Under the pieces are notes generated by a model. It saw only the letters and a program-made list of their open reading frames with translations. It searched no databases and was not told the origin of the DNA. Below are positions 16,881-26,801 of a stretch of DNA of 37,284 nt, in pieces. Position 1 is the stretch's first letter; every line of letters begins with the position of its first letter. This DNA comes from a virus. Taxonomy: Duplodnaviria > Caudoviricetes. The translations under genes and the position numbers were made by a program. The DNA is taken from the IMG/VR virus record IMGVR_UViG_3300032232_000987, positions 1 through 37,284 of that record. One strand, 5' to 3'.

Positions 16881-17177
16881 TTATCCTGTAGTTAGTAATC
16901 TTATAAAGCCAAATGCGTCAATGGAGACAAGCAGGAGGTAGTTAGCCAGCATACCAAATGAACGGCGAGACCAAGCACACCAGGCATAAATAGTACAACC
17001 AGTAATCCAAGCGGGATAAAGAGCCATAAGTGGAGGGTTTGGTACTGTTCCAGCCATGACAATAGCACACCCAATACTAAGAGCCCAAGCAACCAGCTCC
17101 ATAATAAACCGATAACGATTGGATTTGAAATCATGATATATCCAGTCTAAGGTTGGCTTTATTAAAATATTTTTCAT
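16881..17177 (-). CDS. Small three-TM membrane protein
   Basis: Three hydrophobic helices; fills the D14-D15 gap; has its own promoter. Confidence 0.7.
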   Translation of the reverse strand: MKNILIKPTLDWIYHDFKSNRYRFIMELVAWALSIGCAIVMAGTVPNPPLMALYPAWITGCTIYAWCAWSRRSFGMLANYLLLVSIDAFGFIRLLTTG

Positions 17178-17182
17178 TTAAT

Positions 17183-17211
17183 ATTATACTAAAATTCTAG
17201 GTTGCAGTCAA
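17183..17211 (-). promoter_or_regulatory. sigma70-type promoter TTGACT-17-TATAAT
   Basis: -35 at 17206-17211 and -10 at 17183-17188; the ATG follows 5 nt after the -10 box. Confidence 0.85.
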
Positions 17212-17666
17212 GACACAAATTCTGGTCGCTCATATGTTAACCAGTCCTCTAGCAGTGAGACATAAAAACTATAGGGTTCTCTAGATATGTAAAAGTGATT
17301 ATAGCTTTCTGGTATGCAATAATCACTGCTAAACGCTACAAATATTTTACTACGATCGTGTTTAAAGATTAACAGGGGTAGTTTATTAACTTGTTTTGCT
17401 TGACGTAAAGTTTGTTGCCAAAATTCTAGTAATTGTGGTGATTTAGATGTTAATACAGCGCTAGTTAAATGATCATCTGCGTATCCTTTAGCTTCAACAC
17501 AAAATATGTTGTTACAATTAGGGATATAAAGATCGCCTTTTAATCCATGTTTTTCATCTAATGCACCGGAACCAGGAACCCTCTCCCACCCTAATCGAGT
17601 ATATTTACGGAGAAGATCCCTGATTACTAACTCAGTTCTAGCGCCTTTAGCCCTAGAGTCTACCAT
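17208..17666 (-). CDS. D14: Holliday-junction resolvase-like nuclease (T5 D14-like)
   Basis: SRAKGARTE...RVPGSGA...KGD...VEAK PD-(D/E)xK pattern; T5 synteny. Confidence 0.85.
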   Translation of the reverse strand: MVDSRAKGARTELVIRDLLRKYTRLGWERVPGSGALDEKHGLKGDLYIPNCNNIFCVEAKGYADDHLTSAVLTSKSPQLLEFWQQTLRQAKQVNKLPLLIFKHDRSKIFVAFSSDYCIPESYNHFYISREPYSFYVSLLEDWLTYERPEFVS

Positions 17667-17944
17667 TACTCTGTAACTAGTTCGTCAGTAATAGTTGGTG
17701 GAATAGCCGGAGACTCTGGCTCATATGAATGAACTGTTGATGGATGTGATTGATATGCTTCAATATCAATTCCGCAAACTTCTCCAGTACAATTCTGGTC
17801 AATTCTATAGATTAACTTATCACCATAAACTTTTAGTGTAGCAAGTTCATCTGCAGTAAGTTCATCGCCTACAAAAAGCTCTGTTTCCCTGCCCATTTTA
17901 ACAGCAGTAGCTTTAGCGTTGATTACGTGTTCAATTTTATACAT
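17666..17944 (-). CDS. Hypothetical protein
   Basis: Likely start at ATG 17944 (MYKIEH...), just after the D13 stop; TAATG coupling to D14. Confidence 0.6.
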   Translation of the reverse strand: MYKIEHVINAKATAVKMGRETELFVGDELTADELATLKVYGDKLIYRIDQNCTGEVCGIDIEAYQSHPSTVHSYEPESPAIPPTITDELVTE

Positions 17945-17945
17945 A

Positions 17946-19742
17946 CTATCCCTCGATTGTTGAAATGTTGTTGCGTTTAACAACGTGTACCTTTTCCAAT
18001 AAAGGGTGGCTGAATCCGTGACTAACGAGGATAGTATTAAGGGATTCTTCTTTGAGTAAGACTTCAATTAGTTTCTCCTTACCATCTACATCTAGTGCTT
18101 CAATAGTTTCATCTAAGATTAATAGATTTATCCTACTTTGACTTAAGCTTTGCATTAGCTTACGAATTGCTAATAGTGTTGCCACATTAACACGTGCTCG
18201 TTCGCCTCCGCTAAGTGCTAAAATATCAATATCAGTTCCGTTATCAGTAATAACTACATTTAGTTTGTCACTACCACTAATTTGAAAACTAATTTGGAAT
18301 CTACCACCACTAAGTTCGCCTAGATACTCATTACTGATGCCCTCTAGGTCTTTAACAAGATTTTCAATTTTATACGCCACCAATCCTGTTGTACTAAAAG
18401 TTTTCACTAAAGTATTAATAGTATTTAGTTTTGCAGTTAATTGCTTTGCCGTTGCGGTCCACTCACCAAGTTCTACTTGCATCTCAACTATTTGTGATTT
18501 TATCAACTCTAGTCGATTGTTGTGTGCAGTTACTTCTTGATTATGTTTTTCTGCATTAGCAATATCTTGTTTTGTTTTTGCTATTTGTTGTTGCAAACCT
18601 TTTAATTGTTCTTGTAATATTGCCTCATCCAATAGACTTTCGGGCAATTCCGTATCTATTAATTGATGGTACTTTTCCCACTGTTCTTGATTATGAATAG
18701 CAGTTTTCCAAGCATTAAGTTGATCATTGTATACTACAACTTTTGCTGATTCGTGCAACGCCTCAAATTTAGCGTGCGCTATTAGTGCGTCTTGTTCTGA
18801 TATTAGGTTTTGTGTTTTATCCGTATCAATAGTCTGTAAACAGGTAGGACAATTTCCATGAAGTGCTTCCATTTTCTTTTTGAATTGAGTAGCATCTTGA
18901 ATGGTTTTATCGTATTCAGCTTTTCTAGTAATACTGTCGTTTACATTGCCTTCTGGTTTATCAGGCATAGGTAACAGTGTAATTTCAGCTAATAATTGTT
19001 TGTATAGATTATTTTTTGTAATCTTTTTATTAGTTTTTTCAATGTCTTGAATTGTAGTTGATAATCTACTAGCCTCTGCAACTAGACTATCGTCTAAAAC
19101 AGAAACCGGAGCATACCCTTTTGGTTCAAAACTTGTTTTACTATATTTGTTTATCCACTGCTGAATAGTATCTAACTTAGCTTGTGCTTGTGTAAGGTCT
19201 TTACCTACTTCCGCTGCTGCTTGTTTAAATACTTCTCCAGCTTGTGTATACTTGCCTAAGTTAAGTAATTCAATCAAAAACTTTTTTCTAGCCGTATCTG
19301 CACTAGTTAAAAACTCTAAACTACCAGCATGGGATTGATAAACAATTTGTGAAAATGTTTTATGATCAATACCAATTAATTGTTCTATTAGTTTATAAGT
19401 AGTAGTGGCCGTATGTCCACTAATATCCTCAGAACCCTTGTAAAGTTTTACTTGCTGTTGTGCGCCACGTTTTGTTTCAATTTTATATTCACAACCGTCT
19501 TTGTCAAACAACAGCTCTATTTGATAGTGTTTGTCTTTGATATAACGATTTAAAATATCGCCTTTTTTAATGCCTTTGCTATTTTTATTGAATAGGACTT
19601 CTTCTAAAATTAGCGCAACACTGCTTTTACCATGACCGTTTTTACCCACAAGCTGAGTAAGTGGACTTTGCGTAAAATCAATTTTGTTGCCATCGCCATA
19701 ACTAAAAGCATTAGACCAGCGTAGTTCTTTTAGTATAATCAT
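17946..19742 (-). CDS. D13: SbcC/Rad50-like recombination ATPase (T5 D13-like)
   Basis: GKNGHGKS, coiled coil with CPTC zinc hook, LSGGE signature, LLILDE. Confidence 0.93.
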   Translation of the reverse strand: MIILKELRWSNAFSYGDGNKIDFTQSPLTQLVGKNGHGKSSVALILEEVLFNKNSKGIKKGDILNRYIKDKHYQIELLFDKDGCEYKIETKRGAQQQVKLYKGSEDISGHTATTTYKLIEQLIGIDHKTFSQIVYQSHAGSLEFLTSADTARKKFLIELLNLGKYTQAGEVFKQAAAEVGKDLTQAQAKLDTIQQWINKYSKTSFEPKGYAPVSVLDDSLVAEASRLSTTIQDIEKTNKKITKNNLYKQLLAEITLLPMPDKPEGNVNDSITRKAEYDKTIQDATQFKKKMEALHGNCPTCLQTIDTDKTQNLISEQDALIAHAKFEALHESAKVVVYNDQLNAWKTAIHNQEQWEKYHQLIDTELPESLLDEAILQEQLKGLQQQIAKTKQDIANAEKHNQEVTAHNNRLELIKSQIVEMQVELGEWTATAKQLTAKLNTINTLVKTFSTTGLVAYKIENLVKDLEGISNEYLGELSGGRFQISFQISGSDKLNVVITDNGTDIDILALSGGERARVNVATLLAIRKLMQSLSQSRINLLILDETIEALDVDGKEKLIEVLLKEESLNTILVSHGFSHPLLEKVHVVKRNNISTIEG

Positions 19743-20692
19743 AGTTCTAGCTTGTCCGAATAATTGTAAAATTCTTTTAATGTTTCTGCAACTGCGTCTT
19801 CATTAAGTTGTAAGATATAGGTTAAGTATTCCTTGACCTCTTCACCTAATGAAAGTTCTGGATCTAAGATTAGTTGAGTTTCCTGTGCGCGTTTAACAAC
19901 CTTTTTGTCAATAAGATCGCTGTCTTCTAATTGACCCAGTTCGTGCAAGTCACCCTCAATTTCATAGATTGTATGATGAAACGGTGTTTGCGGTTTAGGG
20001 TCATGCACACCTACAGTTTGCTTAATCAACTGTGGAAGTTGAAAAGGCATCCAGATGTGTGTTAAATCATCTCTATTTAATAGAACAGCTCCAGTATTGA
20101 CCTCATTACGGTGAAAACTAGTAGTGTAAGGGCTGCCAGGATAAATAATGTTTCGCTGTGAATTTTCATAACTGTGCAAGTCACCTGCTAATACCTTTTG
20201 CCAACGATCTAGTAGTGCTAAGTCTATTTCCGGTTTAACGTGTGGTGGAATTTCGCCACGAACATGAGTACATAAGATTCTTCCATCAAAAGCGTACTTT
20301 GTTGTTTCTAGCTCTTTTAGTTTATTGTAGGGTATAAAATCAATACGATGACGAGTATAAAAATCATCAATGATTGATACTAGTGGATTAATACGTGTAG
20401 TTGCACGCTTTAAATAACTTAGGAAAGTACTATCTTTTTTAAGCATTTCGTGATTGCCTGGGTAGACAATGCACTCTACATCAATACTAGCCATTAAGTC
20501 AAAATATAATTCAACTTCATCCATAGTTGGAAGTCTGTCAAATATATCACCGCCTAAGACTACTAGGTCAGCATGCCGCTGCATTTTTCTAAATTGCTCA
20601 ATAAATAATTGAAATCTGTTTTTAGCCCATTCAACTGGGACGTTTTTCTGACCCAATTTTATGTGTATATCTGCTGTGAATAATATGTTCAT
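19739..20692 (-). CDS. D12: SbcD/Mre11-like nuclease (T5 D12-like)
   Basis: ADIH, GDIFD, GNHE, GDLH and YPGSP metallophosphoesterase motifs. Confidence 0.93.
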   Translation of the reverse strand: MNILFTADIHIKLGQKNVPVEWAKNRFQLFIEQFRKMQRHADLVVLGGDIFDRLPTMDEVELYFDLMASIDVECIVYPGNHEMLKKDSTFLSYLKRATTRINPLVSIIDDFYTRHRIDFIPYNKLKELETTKYAFDGRILCTHVRGEIPPHVKPEIDLALLDRWQKVLAGDLHSYENSQRNIIYPGSPYTTSFHRNEVNTGAVLLNRDDLTHIWMPFQLPQLIKQTVGVHDPKPQTPFHHTIYEIEGDLHELGQLEDSDLIDKKVVKRAQETQLILDPELSLGEEVKEYLTYILQLNEDAVAETLKEFYNYSDKLEL

Positions 20693-20704
20693 TTTCTACC
20701 AGAC

Positions 20705-20740
20705 AAAATAGCCCGCTAAAGCAAAGTACTCTAGCGGGCT
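20705..20740 (-). terminator. Intrinsic terminator after D11
   Basis: AGCCCGCTA...TAGCGGGCT stem followed by ATTTT on the minus strand. Confidence 0.7.
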
Positions 20741-20746
20741 TGTTGT

Positions 20747-21382
20747 TTAACCTAGCTCTTTTACAGCTTCTTGATCGCTTTGAGAATTCTCTTCTTCTAC
20801 ACCAGCTTGAAGTTTTTCCAGCAGTGCTTTAATTTCATCAGGAGTTGCACGAGGATACTTTTCGTCAATAGGCAGTGCTTTTGCGGCCAGTTCATTTTCT
20901 TGAGCACTAAGAGCACGTGGCTTGCAACGCAAAACTTGCAAGGTATATTCCACGTTATAAGTCAGTGGCCCAGTTTTTACTCGTTTAAATACCACATCCC
21001 AACCAGTTTCTGGATCGGTAGGATCGCCCAGATCTTCTGCTGCTGTGATAATTTGTTCAAACAGTTTCTTTTTCAGATTAAGAACTTTGACTTTTCCGTC
21101 CTTAGGGTCAATGCAGTTAACTGCATAACTCCACGAACATTTAAGATCGCCGTGGAATTCAGGAACCCAATCTTTTTCCAGATTGTCAAACTTCTCTTTG
21201 TCACGGCTAAACGCAAGACACTCCACTGGAATATCTTTGTTGTTAGTACCACGAACCCAATAAACGTATCGGGGCAGTACACCACCAATCAATCGAACGA
21301 CGTTTTCGCCGTCTTTGTATTCGTAGCTTTCAACGGAAGATTTCTGTGCGCGACCTTTTGTTTGCTTAAAGCTAAGTGCCAT
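20747..21382 (-). CDS. D11: Putative ssDNA-binding protein (T5 D11-like)
   Basis: RYVYW, LKKKLFEQI, GDPTDPETGWDVVFKR motifs and an acidic tail; T5 synteny. Confidence 0.82.
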   Translation of the reverse strand: MALSFKQTKGRAQKSSVESYEYKDGENVVRLIGGVLPRYVYWVRGTNNKDIPVECLAFSRDKEKFDNLEKDWVPEFHGDLKCSWSYAVNCIDPKDGKVKVLNLKKKLFEQIITAAEDLGDPTDPETGWDVVFKRVKTGPLTYNVEYTLQVLRCKPRALSAQENELAAKALPIDEKYPRATPDEIKALLEKLQAGVEEENSQSDQEAVKELG

Positions 21383-21384
21383 TT

Positions 21385-21771
21385 TTAAGTTTCCTCGTGT
21401 ATAAATTTAATTTGTTTGTTTGCAATTATTAAAAGCGGGTTTGACTTAATTTTTGCTAAGTCAATATCAGGATATAGTGTTAAATCTAGTGATTTAATGT
21501 CGTGAGTTTTGTATAAACCGTAATTGCGTAATCCGGCTAATCTAATATATTGTGCTCTATATGCTGAATCTATGCCCGTGTGTTTAAAAAACAGTTCAGG
21601 TTTAAGTAAGAAACTACTTCCTGCTTTTAGTCTAGATAATGGCTTGTATTTTTCGTGAACATTTTTTGGTATAGTCACACCCAGATAAAACTTACGCAAT
21701 GCTTCTACCATATATTCGGCATCACATTGTGTGTCTTGTTCTAGGATTTTAAGGTTAAAAAATAAAGTCAT
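21385..21771 (-). CDS. Conserved T5-like hypothetical protein
   Basis: Lies between D10 and D11 as in T5; has its own promoter. Confidence 0.7.
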   Translation of the reverse strand: MTLFFNLKILEQDTQCDAEYMVEALRKFYLGVTIPKNVHEKYKPLSRLKAGSSFLLKPELFFKHTGIDSAYRAQYIRLAGLRNYGLYKTHDIKSLDLTLYPDIDLAKIKSNPLLIIANKQIKFIHEET

Positions 21772-21790
21772 TTCTCTGATCTAAGAATAT

Positions 21791-21819
21791 ATTATATCAC
21801 AGTAAATAAAGATTTACAA
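21791..21819 (-). promoter_or_regulatory. sigma70-type promoter TTGTAA-17-TATAAT (extended -10)
   Basis: -35 at 21814-21819; TGn-TATAAT at 21791-21799; intergenic. Confidence 0.8.
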
Positions 21820-21829
21820 GTGTAAATTT

Positions 21830-23125
21830 TTATACCAGTTCAATGTCCCAGCCTTTACGCATATAGAATCCTAATCTATCCCTATTTTGTTTTTTATCTT
21901 GATAACCTGCAAATTGCATATCTAGTACTACTGGAGTTTGTTTACCTTCATGTTGACGTTGAATCCTGCCAACAATTTGCTCTAGTAAACTATCATTTGC
22001 AATTGGCACTGCTAGGATAACACAACTAAGTGAATTTATGGAGATGCCTTCGCTAAAGATTTGGCGGCTACCAGCAATGCACATTTTTTCTTTTGTGAGT
22101 AATTGTTGTTTAATCTGTTGACGTTGTTCAAAGTTGGTTTCGCCAGTAACCAACACACACGTTTCTCCGACATATTCCTTTACCTTTTGTAAAAATCCAA
22201 TTCTGTCTGCAATAACTAAAACTTGATGCCCAAGTGCAACTTGAATTTTTGCTAAACCTGATATAAATGCCTGATAATCTTCATCCTCTGTAAGTGCATT
22301 AATTTTTTCTACCCAAGTAGCACCCGGTTTAAGTATAATACCTGTTTGTATTAGTTTAACTTCTGGGTTTAGGGTATGTGACTGCGGCGGTTTGTATACT
22401 TTGTGACCAAAAAAATCTGAAAACATTATGTGTTTTCCGTCTTTTCTGTTCATAGTACCACTAAGTGCTATTCTATAACGAGCATGAAAATCGTCTATTA
22501 GCTGTGAAAATGTATTAGCAGGACAATGATGTGCTTCATCCAAGATCACAGTACCAAACTCTTTTGCTAAACGTGCACTGTGCTTTACTAGTGTTTGAAC
22601 ATTAGCCACTGTAATTGCATGATCTTCCCAGTCTAGTTTGCCACCACCAATAACACCGACCGGCATACCAAATAGTACTTCTACTTCTTCAATCCACTGA
22701 TCTCGTAGTGCTGTGGTGTGCGTAACCACCAACGTCTTTTGTCCAAACTTTCTAGCCAAGTGTAGGGCTGTAAAAGTTTTGCCCCAGCCCACAAGAGCAT
22801 TGATAAAACAAGTGTCTGTAACTTCTTCATAAACTGCTAGTTGTGTATCACGAAGTGGAAATTTTGGTGTTGGAAATGGTACTGGTACTAGTACCCGCTT
22901 GTCTACTATTTCATAGTGTTTGGGCACTAAGTCTAGTCTGCCTTGTGGTATGCTTAGGATACCTTTAGGCAATAATTTATAGTTACGAATAGTTTCTACA
23001 GTGCTAAATTGTTTGCTGCCAGTATCCTTATTGATTTTATAGGTAAGTGTTTTTATTATACGCTTAGATTCTTCTACACCTGGATTGTCCAAGTAAATTC
23101 TGTTACTTATAATTGCTTTTGGCAT
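21830..23125 (-). CDS. D10: SF2 helicase (T5 D10 / UvsW-like)
   Basis: GWGKT, DEAHH, SGT and QIVGRIQR motifs. Confidence 0.92.
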   Translation of the reverse strand: MPKAIISNRIYLDNPGVEESKRIIKTLTYKINKDTGSKQFSTVETIRNYKLLPKGILSIPQGRLDLVPKHYEIVDKRVLVPVPFPTPKFPLRDTQLAVYEEVTDTCFINALVGWGKTFTALHLARKFGQKTLVVTHTTALRDQWIEEVEVLFGMPVGVIGGGKLDWEDHAITVANVQTLVKHSARLAKEFGTVILDEAHHCPANTFSQLIDDFHARYRIALSGTMNRKDGKHIMFSDFFGHKVYKPPQSHTLNPEVKLIQTGIILKPGATWVEKINALTEDEDYQAFISGLAKIQVALGHQVLVIADRIGFLQKVKEYVGETCVLVTGETNFEQRQQIKQQLLTKEKMCIAGSRQIFSEGISINSLSCVILAVPIANDSLLEQIVGRIQRQHEGKQTPVVLDMQFAGYQDKKQNRDRLGFYMRKGWDIELV

Positions 23126-23652
23126 TATACTAACCTATGCGTTGTTTTAAATGGTTCATTGTAAAATCCGTATAATATATAGCCTAAGCCCCAGCGAAGT
23201 ATGCCTGCATAGTATTGCTCTGGTTTAGGAGCATACATACACTTAAATCGCTGAGGTAGACCTTCCACTTCTATAATAGCACCCATGCCGTCTAGCGGCA
23301 AAACTTTTTTGATCTTGTGCGCAGCCAGTTTGGCGCGGCTGGTTTTTCTGTACTGAAATACTTTTCCGGTATTATCAATAAACCAAGTGGTTTGTTTGGC
23401 TATTTTGATCAAATCACCTAAAAAGTATATGGCTTGGCGAATAGGAAACAATTTTGCGTCTACTATAACTAGTCTACGTAGTCCTAGATTTTTGCCGGGC
23501 ATAGATTTATCATCTACAATACGTAAACCTACTTTAGTCTCTAGTGACTCCTTATCTACATACTCCTTAGAGTAGTAGATAAGGTCATCTTCTTGTGTAG
23601 GCTTGTGTTCACCCAGTCTAAACACGGGCCAGCTTATCTCCAGTAAATTCAT
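23125..23652 (-). CDS. Conserved T5-like hypothetical protein between pol and D10
   Basis: Likely ATG at 23652 (MNLLEISWPVF) with GAGG upstream; T5 synteny. Confidence 0.72.
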   Translation of the reverse strand: MNLLEISWPVFRLGEHKPTQEDDLIYYSKEYVDKESLETKVGLRIVDDKSMPGKNLGLRRLVIVDAKLFPIRQAIYFLGDLIKIAKQTTWFIDNTGKVFQYRKTSRAKLAAHKIKKVLPLDGMGAIIEVEGLPQRFKCMYAPKPEQYYAGILRWGLGYILYGFYNEPFKTTHRLV

Positions 23653-25900
23653 AAACTGCCTCAAAATCTCCAAAGCTGTAATCTTCGCCAATGTCCTGAT
23701 CAACACCAATGGGCGTACCAGGAATACTACAGCCATGATCGTGCTGAGTATTTAGTTTGAGTATTTTGCAATAATCATCTACGTGTTCGTCTTTTACAAT
23801 TGCTACAATAGAGTCATGTACAAGCATAAAGATTTTTGCATCCAAACCTTCCTGTACAATATGCCTAGCAGTACGCATAGCACCTAGCAAATTAACATCA
23901 CTGGCCAGTGACTGAACTTCGGCATTAATACCGCTGCGTACTTCATGTGCGGCAATACCTTTATCACTACTAAATACATTAGGCAATCTACGTTTACGGC
24001 CAAAAAAGCTGTAAGTAAACCCATTTTGTTCAATAAACGATTTGCGCTCGTCTAACCAACGCTTTAGTTTGCTGAATTTTGTAAAGTAGGCCTTAATATC
24101 TTCTTTAGCTTGCTCTACTGGATATACTTCACCAGTTGCTTTACTCACAGTTTGCGAAACTTTGTTTGGGCCCGAACCATAAAGAATACCAAAACTAATT
24201 GCCTTTGCACTTTGTCGCATACTAGCATAGCGCTTTTTGACTTCTTCCACAGGACAGGGTAGGCTAAAAACCATTTTAGCAATTGTCGAATGAAAGTCGC
24301 CACCACTTGAAAAAACTTGTTGCAAGTTTTTATCGCCGCTGAGTACAGCGGCGTAATACATCTCAGCTGTGGCTAAGTCTTGTGAGACTATTTTATACCC
24401 AGCTGGGGCACGGATACATCCTTTGATGATTGGATTGTCTCGTGGAATTTGCTGAGCATTGAATTTACCACTACTAGACAGGCGGCCGCTAGTGGTAAAA
24501 ATAAGATTAAAATTTGTACGAATTCGCCCATCTTTGTTTAACTCCGGTAAAATCTTTTGAATATAGGTATTCTGAATTTTACTCAACTGCCGAACCTTGA
24601 GAATAGCACCCGGCAATTCGTGCTCTTCGGCAAGTTGTGCCAAAACCTCTGCATCAGTTGAAATAGCACCAGTACCAGTTTTCTTGCCAGTCGGTTCTAG
24701 GCCCAAGTAATCAAACAGCACTTCACGCAACTGCATTACACTATTAGGATTAAAGATTTTACCACTAGCTTGCTCAAACTGTTTAACTGCATCAAAACTA
24801 AATACTACTTCCTTAGCACGTTGAATCTCGTCCTCCAGATACAGGTTAGCTCTAGCCATACGATCTCGGCAGATTGGAATGCCTACCTCTTCCATATCCA
24901 TAAGGAATAAGGTGCCGTCTACTAGCAAGTTTTTATAAACCCACCACAGTTTTTGATTAGCCTGTAGGATTGGCCAGAACTTGTTGAACAACTCATAAGT
25001 TACTGCTGTGTCAATTGAGGCATATTCGCTAATAATATCAAACGGAATCAGGTCATAGCTAAAGTTTTCTTGAAGAATTCCATGTTGACTACAATAGTCC
25101 CGTTTAAACTCATCTAGCGCACTATCATAATCACCGTAGTCTGTGTATTTTAGCGCTAGTTGCTTTAGTCCATGACTATCAGTTTCGTCTAGTGCATAGT
25201 GCATAACCATAGTGTCATGTACTCGCTGACGATTAAAGTCAATGCCAAGGTGATACTTGATCATTTTGTAGTCAAACTTCATGTTATGAAAGATAGTTTC
25301 AAACTCATTGGCAATCTTTTGCAACAACTCAATACAATCTTCATCCATGCAGTCTGTGGTAATATACCTACCCTGCTTAGCCTTATAGGTTAGTGAAACT
25401 CCAAGCACGTATCCATCTCTGGGATACAATGCAGTTGTTTCCGTATCCCAAGCCACGTAACCTTGAGCATTTGCTAAGATTTCTTGCAAGTAGGCTTTGG
25501 CTTGGTTTGTGTCATCAATACCAGCAAAATCACCAGTAGTAGGTGCAGCAACACTATCATTGTAATACTTAAGTATCTTGTCTACAGCTCGTTGAAAGTC
25601 CGGCTTGCCTTCTGGTTTAAATGCTAGCATAGCCGGATTTGTAATACACACAAACTTTTCATTTACCAGCTGACCTGCGTAATTAGTTACACTAGTAACT
25701 TTAGCATACTCTTTAGCGGCTTCTGCACCTACCAAGATGATCAAATCATACGGTTTAGGGTCGAACTCAAGTGTAACGTCTTTTTTCAGTAATTTTGTGA
25801 TAGGAACCTGACTCATATGAAAGTGATCAAATTCAAAAGGAAAATGATCCTGATATCTGGTTCGGTTAGGTGCTTTGTCAATAAGTGCAACTTTTTTCAT
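23618..25900 (-). CDS. polA: Family A DNA polymerase with 3'-5' exonuclease (T5-type)
   Basis: WDTETT, HNMKFD, TTSGRLSS, QDLATAE, RQSAKAISFGILYG and LVHDS motifs. Confidence 0.96.
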   Translation of the reverse strand: MKKVALIDKAPNRTRYQDHFPFEFDHFHMSQVPITKLLKKDVTLEFDPKPYDLIILVGAEAAKEYAKVTSVTNYAGQLVNEKFVCITNPAMLAFKPEGKPDFQRAVDKILKYYNDSVAAPTTGDFAGIDDTNQAKAYLQEILANAQGYVAWDTETTALYPRDGYVLGVSLTYKAKQGRYITTDCMDEDCIELLQKIANEFETIFHNMKFDYKMIKYHLGIDFNRQRVHDTMVMHYALDETDSHGLKQLALKYTDYGDYDSALDEFKRDYCSQHGILQENFSYDLIPFDIISEYASIDTAVTYELFNKFWPILQANQKLWWVYKNLLVDGTLFLMDMEEVGIPICRDRMARANLYLEDEIQRAKEVVFSFDAVKQFEQASGKIFNPNSVMQLREVLFDYLGLEPTGKKTGTGAISTDAEVLAQLAEEHELPGAILKVRQLSKIQNTYIQKILPELNKDGRIRTNFNLIFTTSGRLSSSGKFNAQQIPRDNPIIKGCIRAPAGYKIVSQDLATAEMYYAAVLSGDKNLQQVFSSGGDFHSTIAKMVFSLPCPVEEVKKRYASMRQSAKAISFGILYGSGPNKVSQTVSKATGEVYPVEQAKEDIKAYFTKFSKLKRWLDERKSFIEQNGFTYSFFGRKRRLPNVFSSDKGIAAHEVRSGINAEVQSLASDVNLLGAMRTARHIVQEGLDAKIFMLVHDSIVAIVKDEHVDDYCKILKLNTQHDHGCSIPGTPIGVDQDIGEDYSFGDFEAVYEFTGDKLARV

Positions 25901-25917
25901 AAATTCTCCAATACTTT

Positions 25918-25946
25918 ATTATAGCGTATCTGGCTAGTAAAGTCAA
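25918..25946 (-). promoter_or_regulatory. sigma70-type promoter TTGACT-17-TATAAT for pol
   Basis: -35 at 25941-25946 and -10 at 25918-25923; GGAG SD follows. Confidence 0.85.
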
Positions 25947-25947
25947 G

Positions 25948-26799
25948 CTATTTTTTAATATATTCACTAATGCTTTGTACATCAAGCAGATCTAGTTCGC
26001 CAGGATCTGTATCGTCTGGTAGTTTAATTATTTCTACAATAAATTCCGATTCTTCAATAATTGGCTTTAGGATTTGTGCTGCTTTTCTGCCAGCGTCGTC
26101 ACCGTCCATTAATAAATAGATGTGGCTAACGCCTTGTGCTTTAAAAGGCAATAATTTTAGCTTTGTATCTGCTTGCAGTGTGTTTGTGCCAAATGTACAG
26201 GTAACATTTTTCAATCCCTTGTCATAAAGATTAAGCATATCAAATATTCCCTCTACTAATACCAAGCTTTTATGTCCGGGGGGTACTTGTGGCGGAAATA
26301 GCGGAAGTTGCACTTTACTAGGATAGTTTAGGTATCTAGGATTGCCATTTGATAGTGTATGTCTACCTACATAAGCAACTGTTTTTCCAGTTATATCTTT
26401 AATAGGAAATATAATTCTATCTGCAAGTTTTTCTACTTGATGAGTATAAAAAGCCTCAAAGTGTTTTAGTGTTTGCTGACTAATTCCACGAAAAGTTTTA
26501 GTATAGGGTGTAGCACCTGCTGGAAGTTCTAAACCTGCTGCCCATGTTTTTAAATCTTGCAGCTTTTCTTTTAGCCTGGCAATTTTTATGGGAATGGGAT
26601 TGGTAAAAACCCCATAATATTTAAATATATTGGTTTTAAACCCACAGCTAAAGCAGTGTGCTATTCCACTAATTCTGTCTACGCGAAAACTAGGATTTGT
26701 GTCTGGATGCTCTGGATTTAAACATTTGATCAAGTAATCGCGACCTGATACCTGATACTGCAATCCGTTTTTTTGAATCAAGTCTAAAACAGGATCCAT
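25948..26799 (-). CDS. DNA primase (zinc finger + TOPRIM)
   Basis: CLNPEH...HCFSC zinc finger, LVEGIFD, DGDDAG and DPG motifs; likely start MDPVLD. Confidence 0.92.
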   Translation of the reverse strand: MDPVLDLIQKNGLQYQVSGRDYLIKCLNPEHPDTNPSFRVDRISGIAHCFSCGFKTNIFKYYGVFTNPIPIKIARLKEKLQDLKTWAAGLELPAGATPYTKTFRGISQQTLKHFEAFYTHQVEKLADRIIFPIKDITGKTVAYVGRHTLSNGNPRYLNYPSKVQLPLFPPQVPPGHKSLVLVEGIFDMLNLYDKGLKNVTCTFGTNTLQADTKLKLLPFKAQGVSHIYLLMDGDDAGRKAAQILKPIIEESEFIVEIIKLPDDTDPGELDLLDVQSISEYIKK

Positions 26800-26801
26800 C
26801 T

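Noticed and set aside
20771-21388. 205-aa + strand ORF opposite D11
   Set aside because: Antisense shadow of a conserved, codon-biased gene; no SD and implausible composition.
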